Source: a virus. Taken from it: a DNA stretch of 64,000 bases. Both the position numbers and the translations under genes were made by a program. Below the pieces are notes generated by a model that worked only from the letters and a program-made list of their open reading frames with translations, had not been told where the DNA came from and did no database searches. The stretch is from positions 5,794 to 69,793 of the IMG/VR virus record IMGVR_UViG_3300050821_016964. One strand, 5' to 3'. Positions 53,913 to 63,564 of the stretch are shown here, piece after piece (the stretch's first letter is position 1; the number at the start of each line of letters is the position of its first letter).

Positions 53913-54400
53913 AAGATGTCGGTTCCTGGAATGGCAGGGTTGTCTGGAGCCCCTCCAGGCGGCGGCTGGCGGCCTTCCTCGCCACGCGTAGATACATCCG
54001 GGTCATCATGGCGAGGTCTTGCAGGTACGCGAGCTGGGCTTCGAGTTCTTCGACGGTGGGATTGAACGTCAGGTTTGGCAGAAGCGGGTTCTGGCTCACG
54101 GGACGGGTTCTCCGAAACGGGGGCGAACTGGAGCCCGGCAAAGGGCTCGCCATCGGGTCGATAGAGGGGCCTGATGCACCGGGGCTGACCCGCAGTCGCG
54201 TACGGGATCTCCACCCAGCCCTTCTTGCAGAGCACGTTCAGGGCATGCTTGGCGCTCGTGCGCCCGGCCATCCCCAAGCCGTGGGCCATCTGCTCCATGC
54301 TGGGCTGGAAGCCATGCGCCAGCAGGAACCGGAAGAACCAGGTCAGAATCTCCTTCTGACGCTTCGTCAGATCCTGGGGCGGCATGACGTCGACGCTCAC
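53909..54400 (-). CDS. LexA-type winged-helix DNA-binding protein
   Basis: 'LTKRQKEIL..F....GFQPSMEQMAHGLGM...AKHALNVLCKKGWV'. Confidence 0.75.
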   Translation of the reverse strand: MSVDVMPPQDLTKRQKEILTWFFRFLLAHGFQPSMEQMAHGLGMAGRTSAKHALNVLCKKGWVEIPYATAGQPRCIRPLYRPDGEPFAGLQFAPVSENPSREPEPASAKPDVQSHRRRTRSPARVPARPRHDDPDVSTRGEEGRQPPPGGAPDNPAIPGTDIF

Positions 54401-54765
54401 GACTCCTCCTTACGTGGGCTGGGCCAGTGCTCGTCAGGATCGGGAATCGAGTCGTCAGCAGAGACGAAGAGGCCCTTGATCCTGTCGCTCTGCGTCATCT
54501 CGAACTTCGCTGGCGCCGGCTCGTCGGGCGGGTTCGGGTTCCAGTCGGCCGCCATGGCAGCTTCAGCCTTCTCGGCGCTAAGAGCGACGAGATAACTGTG
54601 GAAGTCGGGGTGCTCGCCACACCATTCGTGCTCCTCGGTCCCTGGCCAGCCAGTTCCTAGAACAGATCGCCTCGGAGGTTTGATCCGACATACTCCATGA
54701 CCCGGATAATCGTCTATCCGATTCCAGTAGGGGCACGTCTTGCATATTGGTCGTTCAATCGGCAT
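54397..54765 (-). CDS. Cys-rich phage protein
   Basis: 'CKTCPYW...GVCRIKPP...WP....WCGEH'. Confidence 0.65.
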   Translation of the reverse strand: MPIERPICKTCPYWNRIDDYPGHGVCRIKPPRRSVLGTGWPGTEEHEWCGEHPDFHSYLVALSAEKAEAAMAADWNPNPPDEPAPAKFEMTQSDRIKGLFVSADDSIPDPDEHWPSPRKEES

Positions 54766-55726
54766 GGGAAACCTCCCTCTGCATGTCCGCCAAGTCTTCG
54801 AGCGTCACCCTCCCGTCGGGCGCTTCGGGATCATCAGGCACAACCGACGGCTGGACGTCATCCGGAGGCTCGGGTAGCAGGATGAGCCACTGGTCGCCGC
54901 CGACGTCGCGGCGGACGGCGTCCCGGTACGCCTCGGCGACCCGCTCCCGGGTGATGATGATCGGGCGGCCTACGACCTTACTTTTTGCGTGTCCACACCA
55001 ACAGCTCATCGCCGCGTACTGGGGCAGTCCCAGAAGCCCGGCATTGCGGGTCTGGTATACGTCCTCCGTCGTCACCTTCTGGCTCTCAGTCTCATCGGAA
55101 AATTCGTAGCGGTACCAGGGAGGCTTGAGGATGTCGAACACCCTCATGTCGTACAGGATCAGCCCTGTGGGCAGGGCGTCCATCTGCTGGATGCCGCCCA
55201 TGATCGCGGCCATCTCCCGGGGCACCATCTTGAGCTGCCAGTCGGGGTTCGGGTTCTCGCTCTCCCGGTTCAGGAACCGGAAGACGTAGGGCAACTCGTC
55301 CGGGGGTGGGCCGCAGTAGGGTGCGGCAATCGTGGCAGGGGGAAAGCGCTTCCTGGTTTCCCCGTAAGCGAGATCGCCGGTCGACCGGAACTCCTGGTTC
55401 TGGAATGCCTCTTCGGCCTGTCGTCGGTCCATCATAAACTCCCACGCCATGTCCCAGAAGGGGGGTGCGCCGTGGTCGACGTACCGATCGGGCTGCATGT
55501 CGGCATCCGCCATCAGCAAGAAGCTCGCCCCCGTCCGCTTGGCATCCAGAACCACCTTGTTCCGGAGCATCGTGACGGGGGTTCCGAAGACTTCCTTGAG
55601 GCGGAAGATCTTGCCGATCCGCTCGTCCTGCTTTATCCGCAAGACCGTGGTGGTGATCCAGTCGGCGCAGTCGTGCCAGACCCAGCCATCCCCAGGGAAC
55701 TGGGCGATCGCGATGTCGTATTTCAT
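54755..55726 (-). CDS. GT-A-fold glycosyltransferase-like protein
   Basis: 'MLRNKVV..A...ASFLLMADADM', 'PTGLILYDMRVF..LKPPWY', 'TEDVY', 'CGHAK'. Confidence 0.7.
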   Translation of the reverse strand: MKYDIAIAQFPGDGWVWHDCADWITTTVLRIKQDERIGKIFRLKEVFGTPVTMLRNKVVLDAKRTGASFLLMADADMQPDRYVDHGAPPFWDMAWEFMMDRRQAEEAFQNQEFRSTGDLAYGETRKRFPPATIAAPYCGPPPDELPYVFRFLNRESENPNPDWQLKMVPREMAAIMGGIQQMDALPTGLILYDMRVFDILKPPWYRYEFSDETESQKVTTEDVYQTRNAGLLGLPQYAAMSCWCGHAKSKVVGRPIIITRERVAEAYRDAVRRDVGGDQWLILLPEPPDDVQPSVVPDDPEAPDGRVTLEDLADMQREVSHAD

Positions 55727-56013
55727 GCCATGCGCCCCCAGTTAATCGTGAGAACCCCGCCGTCCTGGTCCACGATGAAACCGTCGTCCTTGAGTTTCAT
55801 AACGATTGCCGCCAGTTGGGGGCGAGAAAGGCCAGCAGGCCCCCATTCGTCGTGGAGAACCTGGTTGTGGGTCGTTTCGCCCCGGTCCGCCGCTTGGCGG
55901 ATGGCGAAGTACAGCGGACCCGTCCACTCGGCCAGATCCCCAAGCTTCAGCCGGTGGGCTTCCACCAGGCGCCGGGCCTCGCTGGCATCAATGTGGTTCG
56001 GTGGTTCTGGCAT
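55723..56013 (-). CDS. hypothetical protein
   Basis: AGGAG RBS. Confidence 0.55.
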   Translation of the reverse strand: MPEPPNHIDASEARRLVEAHRLKLGDLAEWTGPLYFAIRQAADRGETTHNQVLHDEWGPAGLSRPQLAAIVMKLKDDGFIVDQDGGVLTINWGRMA

Positions 56014-56032
56014 ATGTACTCTCCTGGAAACG

Positions 56033-56090
56033 AAAAAGCCCGGCTCTCACAACACGATGTCATGGTAGCCGGGCGTACCGTGGGTGTCAA
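56033..56090 (-). terminator. terminator of capsid operon overlapping promoter TTGACA-N17-TACCAT
   Basis: GCCCGGCT...AGCCGGGC then TTTTT on minus strand; -35 at 56085-56090, -10 at 56062-56067. Confidence 0.65.
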
Positions 56091-56108
56091 GTGTAGCCTA
56101 CGCCGGAA

Positions 56109-56711
56109 TCACCAGTAGGGCGAGCCGGCATTGACCAGCATGAAGGTCGTCGAGGTCGTCGCGTTCGTCGAGGCCGCGCTCGACATGGCGTTGCCATAGA
56201 CCTGGAGGAGCTGCTCCCCCGTGACGGTGAGGCCGGTCAGGAGGGCCTGGGCGTCAGCCAGACGGCCGGAGTCGGTCCCCGCCGTCGACGCGGCACCGGT
56301 ACCGGCCCAGAGGTAGTCACCGACGGCGACGGTCGCACCGCCGGGCGGCAGGGTGGCCAGAACGGGCCCACCCACGACGACGTAGAAGAGATCGCCCGCA
56401 GGAACCCCGGCCGGTGGGAGCTTCTCGTCGACGATGCCGGTGATCTCGCCGGGGCTCGTGCAGTACCCGCCGACGGAGTACCAACCGAGGCCGGCCGTCT
56501 TCTTGAAGCTGACCGCCCGGCCGGGCAGAAGGGCGATCCCCGAGTCGTTGCGGCAGACCCGCAGACGGATGAACTCGCCAGTACCGTAGTACACGTCCTC
56601 CTGGAAGAACAGCTTCCCGAGGTAGTTCGCTCCCCCCGTGTTGGGCGTGATCGCGCCCGGGCCGTAAGTGTCGCCCCGGAACCAGGGGAGATTCTCATAG
56701 ATCCCTGACAT
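56109..56711 (-). CDS. capsid decoration/cement protein candidate
   Basis: Directly downstream of MCP; Gly/Ala/Thr-rich 200 aa. Confidence 0.6.
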   Translation of the reverse strand: MSGIYENLPWFRGDTYGPGAITPNTGGANYLGKLFFQEDVYYGTGEFIRLRVCRNDSGIALLPGRAVSFKKTAGLGWYSVGGYCTSPGEITGIVDEKLPPAGVPAGDLFYVVVGGPVLATLPPGGATVAVGDYLWAGTGAASTAGTDSGRLADAQALLTGLTVTGEQLLQVYGNAMSSAASTNATTSTTFMLVNAGSPYW

Positions 56712-56727
56712 GGAAAGACCTCCCTGG

Positions 56728-57852
56728 TTAGGTGTACTGGGCCCACTTGGCGAAGTAGCGGGGGTTCGACTTCATGTTGCCGAACTGGCGGATCATGTAC
56801 CGGTCCGCCATCGAGGCCTCGTCGTAGTACGGACCCATCGGCTTGAAGATCCGATCGTCCAGGCAGCAGAGCATCATCTCGTCGATGTTGAGGCCATACC
56901 CCTGGGGGTTGTTGTTGGCGTCGGTCGGAATCCCGAACTCCCAGGTGATCTCCGCCCCCTCGAAGCTCTGCACGTCCCCGAAACCGAGGTTGCGAAGGGT
57001 CGGCCGCGCGCCTAAGGCGTCGCCGGGGATCTGGACGTAGACACGCTCCTTCGTGTCCAGGAGCTTCTCCCACTGGCGGAAGAGCTCGCGATCGAGCATG
57101 ACGATGTCGATCAGCCCCTTCTGGCTATCGTTGCGCTTTGAGTGGAGGATGCCGAAGCGCAGGGCGTCGTGGCAGGTATTGGCCCAGGTGTCGGGGGAAT
57201 AGCCCCACGAGACGTTGGTGTAGTCGACGATGATCGGCGACCAGAAGTCATACTCGACGTCCCCGGTGCCGACCGGCCACATCCCCGTCCAGGAGCCGCC
57301 ATAGTTGCCCAGGGCGCAGGAGAGGCCGCCGTAGGTATTGCCCGGCAGGGCAACGTAAGGGCCGACGCCGGCGGAGCCCGCCTGCTGGGAGGCCGTTCCC
57401 TCGAACGTGTCCAGACCCATCAGGGTCTTGGCGTTGGCGGCGGCGTTGCCGTCCTGGTAGAACTGCGGCCCGTACCGCTGGGTCATGTCCTCCGCCATCG
57501 ACTCGACCATCTCGCTGATGTACTTGATCAGCGCGGGCCGGCCGCGGTTCATGAGCTTTTCCTTGTCGGTCACGAGATCCTGCATCACGTAACCGCGCCA
57601 GGGCACGCTCGCCCGCTTGAAGTTGTCGGAGCGGCTGAAGCTGACGGTGTCCCCGTCGGCATAGCCGGTCAAGGCCCGCTGACGGTACTGGATACCCCAG
57701 TTGAGGTCCGTACCGTCGTGGTTGAACTCGATCCGCCCCTTCGCCTTCATCAGACTGAGGAACTTCCGGTTGCGGATGGTGTTATCCTCCGCCCCCAGCA
57801 TGTACTCCTCGATCGTCGTCTGCAAAACACGGTTAAACTCCTGGGCAGCCAT
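56728..57852 (-). CDS. major capsid protein
   Basis: 374 aa, strongly biased codons, follows scaffold-like gene, ends 'QFGNMKSNPRYFAK'. Confidence 0.85.
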   Translation of the reverse strand: MAAQEFNRVLQTTIEEYMLGAEDNTIRNRKFLSLMKAKGRIEFNHDGTDLNWGIQYRQRALTGYADGDTVSFSRSDNFKRASVPWRGYVMQDLVTDKEKLMNRGRPALIKYISEMVESMAEDMTQRYGPQFYQDGNAAANAKTLMGLDTFEGTASQQAGSAGVGPYVALPGNTYGGLSCALGNYGGSWTGMWPVGTGDVEYDFWSPIIVDYTNVSWGYSPDTWANTCHDALRFGILHSKRNDSQKGLIDIVMLDRELFRQWEKLLDTKERVYVQIPGDALGARPTLRNLGFGDVQSFEGAEITWEFGIPTDANNNPQGYGLNIDEMMLCCLDDRIFKPMGPYYDEASMADRYMIRQFGNMKSNPRYFAKWAQYT

Positions 57853-57883
57853 GAGTTATGGCTCTCCTTTCGTGCCAAAGATC

Positions 57884-58159
57884 CTACATCGCCCGCACGG
57901 TCCCCGCCCCTGCCACGCCATCCCCGCAGATCAGCACCCGGTACGGGAACTCGCCCCACTCCGAGAAGCCCCGCTCGAAACTCTCTCCCTGCTTCAGGAC
58001 CGGCGACTGCCACTTGCCGTCTTCACCCTGGACCTGAACGTCGTCCCGGTCCATTGCCACCGTCCAGCGAACCACGGCACCGGTCGGGACGTTGATCTGC
58101 GCCGGTACCGGGCCGGCCTCGGTGATCGTGATGTGGTAGATGGAGCCCAGGGGCGGCAT
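57884..58159 (-). CDS. cupredoxin-fold-like protein
   Basis: 'INVPTGAVVRWT...WQSPVLKQGESFERGF...GEFPYR....G..GTVR'. Confidence 0.6.
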   Translation of the reverse strand: MPPLGSIYHITITEAGPVPAQINVPTGAVVRWTVAMDRDDVQVQGEDGKWQSPVLKQGESFERGFSEWGEFPYRVLICGDGVAGAGTVRAM

Positions 58160-58177
58160 GGAATCACTCCTCACTGG

Positions 58178-58360
58178 TCAGACCCGCGCCACAGGTTTGA
58201 GAAGAGACCGAAGCAGGAGAGCCGTCAGCACCAGGCCGGTGGCGCCGATCAGGAGCCAGTCCACCGGATCCCCCGCAAAGCGGGGGCAGGGACAGCCGGA
58301 CCCGCAGGTGCAGGGAGAGCAGACGTCACAGCACGCGGCCAAGAGCGTGAGTGCATTCAT
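58178..58360 (-). CDS. small Cys-rich membrane protein
   Basis: ACCDVCSPCTCGSGCPCP plus TM helix. Confidence 0.5.
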   Translation of the reverse strand: MNALTLLAACCDVCSPCTCGSGCPCPRFAGDPVDWLLIGATGLVLTALLLRSLLKPVARV

Positions 58361-59418
58361 CACTCGGGGACTCCCTCGGTCTTCATCATCAGCCGCTGGC
58401 GGAGACTCATGTTGGGCTGCGTGTCCTGCTTCGTTGGCTGGCGGGCCCCCGAGGTCCCCCGCCGGCCGATCGTCCCCGCTACCGAGAGCGGCGCCTCCGC
58501 CTGCTGCGCCGGGGTTCGCGCCGCGTTCGTCTGTGATGCCGCCTGCGCCTGGGCCTGTTGACGGAAGAAAGCGTTCTGGACGGCACTGACCCCGGCGGCA
58601 TGAAGCTGGCGGACATCGTGAAGCCCTCCCTGGAAGAGCGCATTCGTCACCCGCTGATACATCTGACCGGCCGCGGTCAGGGGACCACCCCGCTGGCCTC
58701 CCTGGAACATCCACGTCGACTCTCGCTGGATCAGAGCGTCCGCCTGCTGCTGCTCCTGATATACCGCCATCTGCGCCTGGACGATCTGCTGCGCCTCCGA
58801 CGCCACCCACGGCTTCAACACCTCGTCCGGCGCCTGGAGGAACTTGTCCCGCCAGTCGGCATAAGCCTGCACCTTGTCGGCGATCGCCGGGTCATACCCA
58901 GGCTTGGCTCGCAGGGCGCCCGTCGCTTCGTCCGTCTCCACCTGCGCCAGCCACTCCCGCTTGAAGGGAGGCGCCGCCCAGGGCTTCGGCTGCTGGGCCT
59001 GCTGGAGTGCCTGCTGCTGCTGACGCTGGGCCAGGAACTCCTGGAACTGGGACGCGTAGGGCTGGACCCGCTGGCCGACCTCGGCGTGGAAGTTCCGCTG
59101 CTGGAGCTGCCGATACGCCTGAAGCAGGTTCGTCAAGGCCTGCGTGTCATCCTTCCAGGGCAACTCCATCCCCTGCGCCCTGGCGAAGTCCGTGATCCCC
59201 TGCCACTCCGCCGGAGTCGGCTGCTGCCCCTGGACCGGGGCGCCGTCGGCCGCCCCCACCGTCGTCGGGCCACTTAGCGCAGGTCCCGCGCTAACTCTGC
59301 CCTGCTCCGCCGGTACCGCGGCATTGATCCGCGACTCCAGACTCCCCGAAGAAACCGAGGAGGACGAAGCCCCATCGGCACTCGTTGCACCACCCTGGAC
59401 TACCTGCTCGTCCGCCAT
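58360..59418 (-). CDS. capsid scaffolding protein candidate
   Basis: Gln/Ala-rich helical 352 aa upstream of MCP; GGAGG RBS. Confidence 0.7.
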   Translation of the reverse strand: MADEQVVQGGATSADGASSSSVSSGSLESRINAAVPAEQGRVSAGPALSGPTTVGAADGAPVQGQQPTPAEWQGITDFARAQGMELPWKDDTQALTNLLQAYRQLQQRNFHAEVGQRVQPYASQFQEFLAQRQQQQALQQAQQPKPWAAPPFKREWLAQVETDEATGALRAKPGYDPAIADKVQAYADWRDKFLQAPDEVLKPWVASEAQQIVQAQMAVYQEQQQADALIQRESTWMFQGGQRGGPLTAAGQMYQRVTNALFQGGLHDVRQLHAAGVSAVQNAFFRQQAQAQAASQTNAARTPAQQAEAPLSVAGTIGRRGTSGARQPTKQDTQPNMSLRQRLMMKTEGVPE

Positions 59419-59451
59419 AACTCGTGCCTCCTGGAACAGATCCCGCCTGTT

Positions 59452-59628
59452 TCAATCTACCACGCGCTGCGACTTCTCCGGCCGGGGCGCCTTCTTCACG
59501 CTCCGGATCGCCTTCAGCCACTGCTCCTCAATCCCCCGTTCCGCCGTCAGCCGACCTAGCCGGTACCCCGTGATCACCCCAGCGACGTACGCGACTGCCA
59601 GAGCGAGCCAAATATAGCCTGGATGCAT
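59452..59628 (-). CDS. small membrane protein
   Basis: Read manually: MHPGYIWLALAVAYVAGVITGYRLG... Confidence 0.5.
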   Translation of the reverse strand: MHPGYIWLALAVAYVAGVITGYRLGRLTAERGIEEQWLKAIRSVKKAPRPEKSQRVVD

Positions 59629-59793
59629 CAGCGTCCCTCGATAAGGTATCCCGAATCACCAGGTGGAGACCCGAACCACCCGAAATGTGCCGCTAAACTT
59701 GGCAGCGATGCCCTCTGACAACTGTCTCGCGTGCGCCTGCGTGCGCGGCTAGAGACCTAAGACTTAGCTTCCTCTATGCCCGCGTGACGCGTC

Positions 59794-60012
59794 TCACACA
59801 ACTGGGCGATGACGCCCCGCGATCACCGCAATCCCACCCACCCGATCCTCTGCCAGCACCTTCTCGGACGGCGACTCCATCCGGTTCAGCCACAAACAGT
59901 ACTCCATCGCCCGCTGCTCGGCACCCTCCCCGCTGAACGACACGCACCAGCCCTCGCCCCAGACGTTCCACGCCTTCTCCGTAAGCTTGTACCCGTACTC
60001 AAGCCTGATCAT
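59794..60012 (-). CDS. hypothetical protein
   Basis: ORF track. Confidence 0.5.
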   Translation of the reverse strand: MIRLEYGYKLTEKAWNVWGEGWCVSFSGEGAEQRAMEYCLWLNRMESPSEKVLAEDRVGGIAVIAGRHRPVV

Positions 60013-60024
60013 CCCTACCCCCCC

Positions 60025-60285
60025 CTACTTTGTGTAACCCAAGGCCACCAACACCCGTAACGCCTCCGACCACGTCGGAAACGGACGCCGGTTCTCCCGC
60101 TTGTAAACGTCCATCGCCATCACAAACGCCACCTCGTCCACCGTGTAGTTCATCTCCGACGTCGTCGGGTCCACACCCGGCAACTTCCCCCGGCCCGATA
60201 ACCGACGCTCCCGTGCGATCCGGACCGCATTCGCTGCCGCCCTCTTCCCATGCTCCACCTTCACGTAATTCCAAACCATCACCAT
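60025..60285 (-). CDS. Planctomycete-type conserved small protein
   Basis: 'DPTTSEMNYTVDEVAFVMAMDVYKRENRRPFPTWSEALRVLVALGY' recalled as typical of Planctomycetota. Confidence 0.65.
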   Translation of the reverse strand: MVMVWNYVKVEHGKRAAANAVRIARERRLSGRGKLPGVDPTTSEMNYTVDEVAFVMAMDVYKRENRRPFPTWSEALRVLVALGYTK

Positions 60286-60344
60286 CCGCCTTCCCTAGCC
60301 ATAGGCCAGAACCTTATCCTAGCCATACCCAGGAGAACCACGCC

Positions 60345-60563
60345 ATGACTGCCCAGCAACTCCAGAGCCTCCACGAACTCCTGTTCCAGTGCCAGAGCAC
60401 CGCCAAGGTGGCCCACTTCGCCGCCGAAGTCTCCACCGCCGCAGGGGCCGAACAGACCATGCGACTCAAAGCCACACATCGCGCCGATGCCCTGAAGTGG
60501 GACCGCTACGGAAATACCCTACGCCAGGCCATCGCCGAGCTCGAAGCTAACCCGCCAACGTGA
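60345..60563 (+). CDS. hypothetical protein
   Basis: AGGAG RBS, MTAQQLQSL. Confidence 0.55.
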   Translation: MTAQQLQSLHELLFQCQSTAKVAHFAAEVSTAAGAEQTMRLKATHRADALKWDRYGNTLRQAIAELEANPPT

Positions 60564-61317
60564 CGTAAACCGGGACGGCGTAGGTGTGCACCTACGTTTC
60601 TGATGGCGACGCAAAAAACCGGGGGGATACGTAGCATCAGCGTGCCCCAGCCTGGGGGCCTGCCCGCCCCTGGGGGTACGCCCCCGCCGTCGTGACGGCA
60701 CGCCACCCAGGCCGTCACACCCCACCGCACGCGAGACACAAAGCCATGCGTACGCAAGGGTTGCGGGATGGCGAGAGCATGCAGAGCAGGGGCACGACGG
60801 CGGGACACAGCTTTTCCGGCACGCCGTGCATGCAACCATGTGCCACCCGCCCATCGCCGCCTGGTCCGTCGTCCCGTCCGCCTACTGGTCTAATCGCACG
60901 GCCGTGCCATTTGCCCCTTGGCGTCGAGTGGAGCGTTGGTCCTCGTCGCGCCATGCTGCCTCTCGGTCCGTCCCGAGCACCCGGCAGCGCTAGCCGTACT
61001 GCGGCGTTCAGGGCGTCTCTCCGCCCCGTAGCGTGAGGCTGGGCATAGGGGTGGTGCGATTCCCCCTCCCCCGTCCCGCGATGCGTCTACGGGGCTCGTA
61101 GGCGTATCTGCGCCCGGAGCAGGGGTTAGGGCTGTACAGGGATCTGTACAGTATACAGCTTGACTTTGGGCTGTTGTCCTACGCTCTCGGTCCTGTCCCA
61201 AAGATTTCTACTCGTGGTGTGGCTTGGAGTTCGGGCTGAACTAGGGTCCGGGTGTTGACTGCCTCTGTAGCATGGGACGTGTGACAGCACGACGGACCTT
61301 GAGACGGAGGTGAGGCG

Positions 61318-61849
61318 ATGGACCCTGTAGTGACGATTCGCGAGATGGAGCAGGCGGAGAAGGACGGAGATGAAGAGACGGCGTACGACTGCGCTATCGC
61401 ACTACGGGACTGGTGCCGCAAGGGCGGGTTCCTCCCATGGGACGGGACTGAGTTGCAGGATTCGCAACGTAGGTTGCTGCTTTCACATTGCACGCGCGTC
61501 ATCCGGGTTTACGGTGCGGCCGACCGCGCATTGTGGGCATGATCCGGGCACCGAGCTATCCCCCTGCTCTGGTGCGGGGGGAGTGCTCGTTGCCTTGACC
61601 TGTCCTTTGACCCCCTTGGAGCTGAAGCCGATGACTGCGACGGAGGAGTATTGGGAAGACGTCTACCGCGCCCATGCCGCTCGCCTGGTGCGCCGGTTTG
61701 GGTGGGAGCGCATCAAGTCCACTCTCTGCGCCCGGGATTGGATCGCACCCATGCACGACACACCGGAGAATGCCCGTTACATCGAACGCTACGAGCACGC
61801 TAACCGGATCTGGAAGAGTCTCGTTAGCCGAAGGGCGGTGCACTCATGA
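61318..61849 (+). CDS. two small early ORFs (61318-61542, 61631-61849)
   Basis: GGAGG and GGAG RBSs; 'ALRDWCRKGGFLP'. Confidence 0.6.
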
Positions 61850-62895
61850 GCGCTGCCCTCACCACCCCCTGGCGCCTGGCGCAGCCAACGCCACAACCAC
61901 GACTTGCGCTGGCCGATGCGCCCGTCCTGGTCCCGTACTGGGAGCAGTACGCACCCCGCACCCTTGGCGAAGTCCTCGGGCAACCGCAAGCCGTCGCCCT
62001 GCTGTCGGGCTTCCTGGCTAACCCCTGCTCCCGTGGCATCTTCCTGCATGGGCCCACCGGGTGCGGCAAGACGACATCGGCGCGTGCCCTGGCGAACGAC
62101 CTAGGCGTATCCCATTGGGGCTTGCATCAGGTCGCGAGTGGCCAGCTCGATCTTGAGCGCTGCGATGACATCCTGCGCGAGATGAGACTGACCGCGATGG
62201 ATGGTGGGTGGCGCGCGATCATCATTGACGAAGCGGACACCATGACACCTCGGGCGCGGCAACTCCTCCTCTCGTGGATGGAGTCGATCGGTCCCAAGAC
62301 GGTCGTCATCCTCACCACCAACAACCCGGATAGCTTCTCCCGCCGCGAGCGGAGCCGGTTCCTCAATGTCGAGTTTGTGGACGGCTCCGAGGACGCGCTG
62401 GCAGGAGCGCAAGCGCTGGCGGATTCGATCTGGCGCGATGCCACGGGAGGGGAGGATGGTCCCGACATCGCGACCCTGCCGAACGTCGTGATCGATGGCA
62501 AGGTGTCGTATCGCGAGGTCGCTAACGCGCTGGAGTCGCTCATACGCTACGGCGCCGCGCCCCTCCCGTCCAAGCCCCATCGCCTGGACGCGCTGGTTGC
62601 CCCTGCCCCGGTCAAGGCGCAGGCGACGGTCAAGGCCGCTTCACGGGTCGCCGGACGCGCCGGATCAGCTCCGGTCGCCATGCCTCACACGTCGCCTGCG
62701 GCATGGTGGGATGCCCTGTCCCAAGCCGACCGCGCCACCGCGCTTCGCGCCGTCCCGATGGCCTCGATCCCCTTTGCGAAGGTTCAGGAGCGCGTGACCG
62801 AACTCCTCCGGCGCGGGACGATGCCCGAGTACGGCCGTTACTTGAACATTCAGACCGTCATCACCACCGCCCATACCCTGGCCCAAAGGAGCTAA
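61846..62895 (+). CDS. AAA+ ATPase, clamp-loader (RFC/DnaX)-like
   Basis: 'EQYAPRTLGEVLGQ', GPTGCGKTT, IIIDEAD, ILTTN, SRF. Confidence 0.85.
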   Translation: MSAALTTPWRLAQPTPQPRLALADAPVLVPYWEQYAPRTLGEVLGQPQAVALLSGFLANPCSRGIFLHGPTGCGKTTSARALANDLGVSHWGLHQVASGQLDLERCDDILREMRLTAMDGGWRAIIIDEADTMTPRARQLLLSWMESIGPKTVVILTTNNPDSFSRRERSRFLNVEFVDGSEDALAGAQALADSIWRDATGGEDGPDIATLPNVVIDGKVSYREVANALESLIRYGAAPLPSKPHRLDALVAPAPVKAQATVKAASRVAGRAGSAPVAMPHTSPAAWWDALSQADRATALRAVPMASIPFAKVQERVTELLRRGTMPEYGRYLNIQTVITTAHTLAQRS

Positions 62896-62900
62896 CCCCC

Positions 62901-63164
62901 ATGTCCACGACTATCCTATACACCCAGTTGAGCCCTTACGACGTCGGCCGACTGGCCCATCTTATCGACGAGCACGTCGAACAGCTCACCCCGGGTTGCG
63001 TCGCGAACCTGTCCGAGTTCTGGAGGAACTATCCGACTGTCCTCCGCCATGTTATGCGGCGTGCGTGGCTCGTTCCGCAGTGCGCCGCCATCCTCGATGG
63101 TAGCGACCACACGCCAGGCGGTGACGGCTCATTCTGGTTGGGTTATCACGCTACCGCGAAGTGA
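62901..63164 (+). CDS. hypothetical protein
   Basis: AAGGAG RBS, MSTTILY. Confidence 0.55.
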   Translation: MSTTILYTQLSPYDVGRLAHLIDEHVEQLTPGCVANLSEFWRNYPTVLRHVMRRAWLVPQCAAILDGSDHTPGGDGSFWLGYHATAK

Positions 63165-63267
63165 CCTCCCCGCCCTGCGCTGGCCTGACCGCCGGCGCAG
63201 GGATTCGACCCCGGCCCGCGTCGGGCCCCGGTCGCGCACCCGCACCCACCCCAACGGAGTCCCCTGA

Positions 63268-63564
63268 ATGCCGACCAAAACCAAGGCCACCACCACCAAC
63301 AGCGAGCGCCCGGTGATCGTCTGCACCGAGTACAAGGGCGTTTTCTTCGGCTACGCGCACGACACCGCCGGTGACTCTATCCACCTGCGCGGCGCCCGCA
63401 TGGCGATCCGCTGGCGCACCACCCGCGGTGTCATGCAGCTCGCCGAGACCGGCCCCCCGCCCGAAGCCACCATCAGCGCCCGCGCCGATCTTGAGCTCCG
63501 AAAGATCACCTGCGTCATGGAGGTTACCCCGATCGCAGTTACCACTTGGGAGGCCGCAAAGTGA
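63268..63564 (+). CDS. DUF6948-like phage protein
   Basis: 'RPVIVCTEYKGVFFGY...LRGARMAIRW...GVMQLAETGP'. Confidence 0.75.
   Translation: MPTKTKATTTNSERPVIVCTEYKGVFFGYAHDTAGDSIHLRGARMAIRWRTTRGVMQLAETGPPPEATISARADLELRKITCVMEVTPIAVTTWEAAK

Noticed and set aside
59449-59473. Third GTTTCAATC motif (minus strand GTCGCAGCGCGTGGTAGATTGAAAC) resembling a type I-C repeat
   Set aside because: Only 25 nt, no proper stem, no adjacent promoter seen, and it coincides with the stop codon of ORF 59452..59628. Probably chance, though a degenerate repeat is not excluded.
61255-61290. TTGACT as an early promoter
   Set aside because: No plausible -10 hexamer at 16-18 nt spacing.
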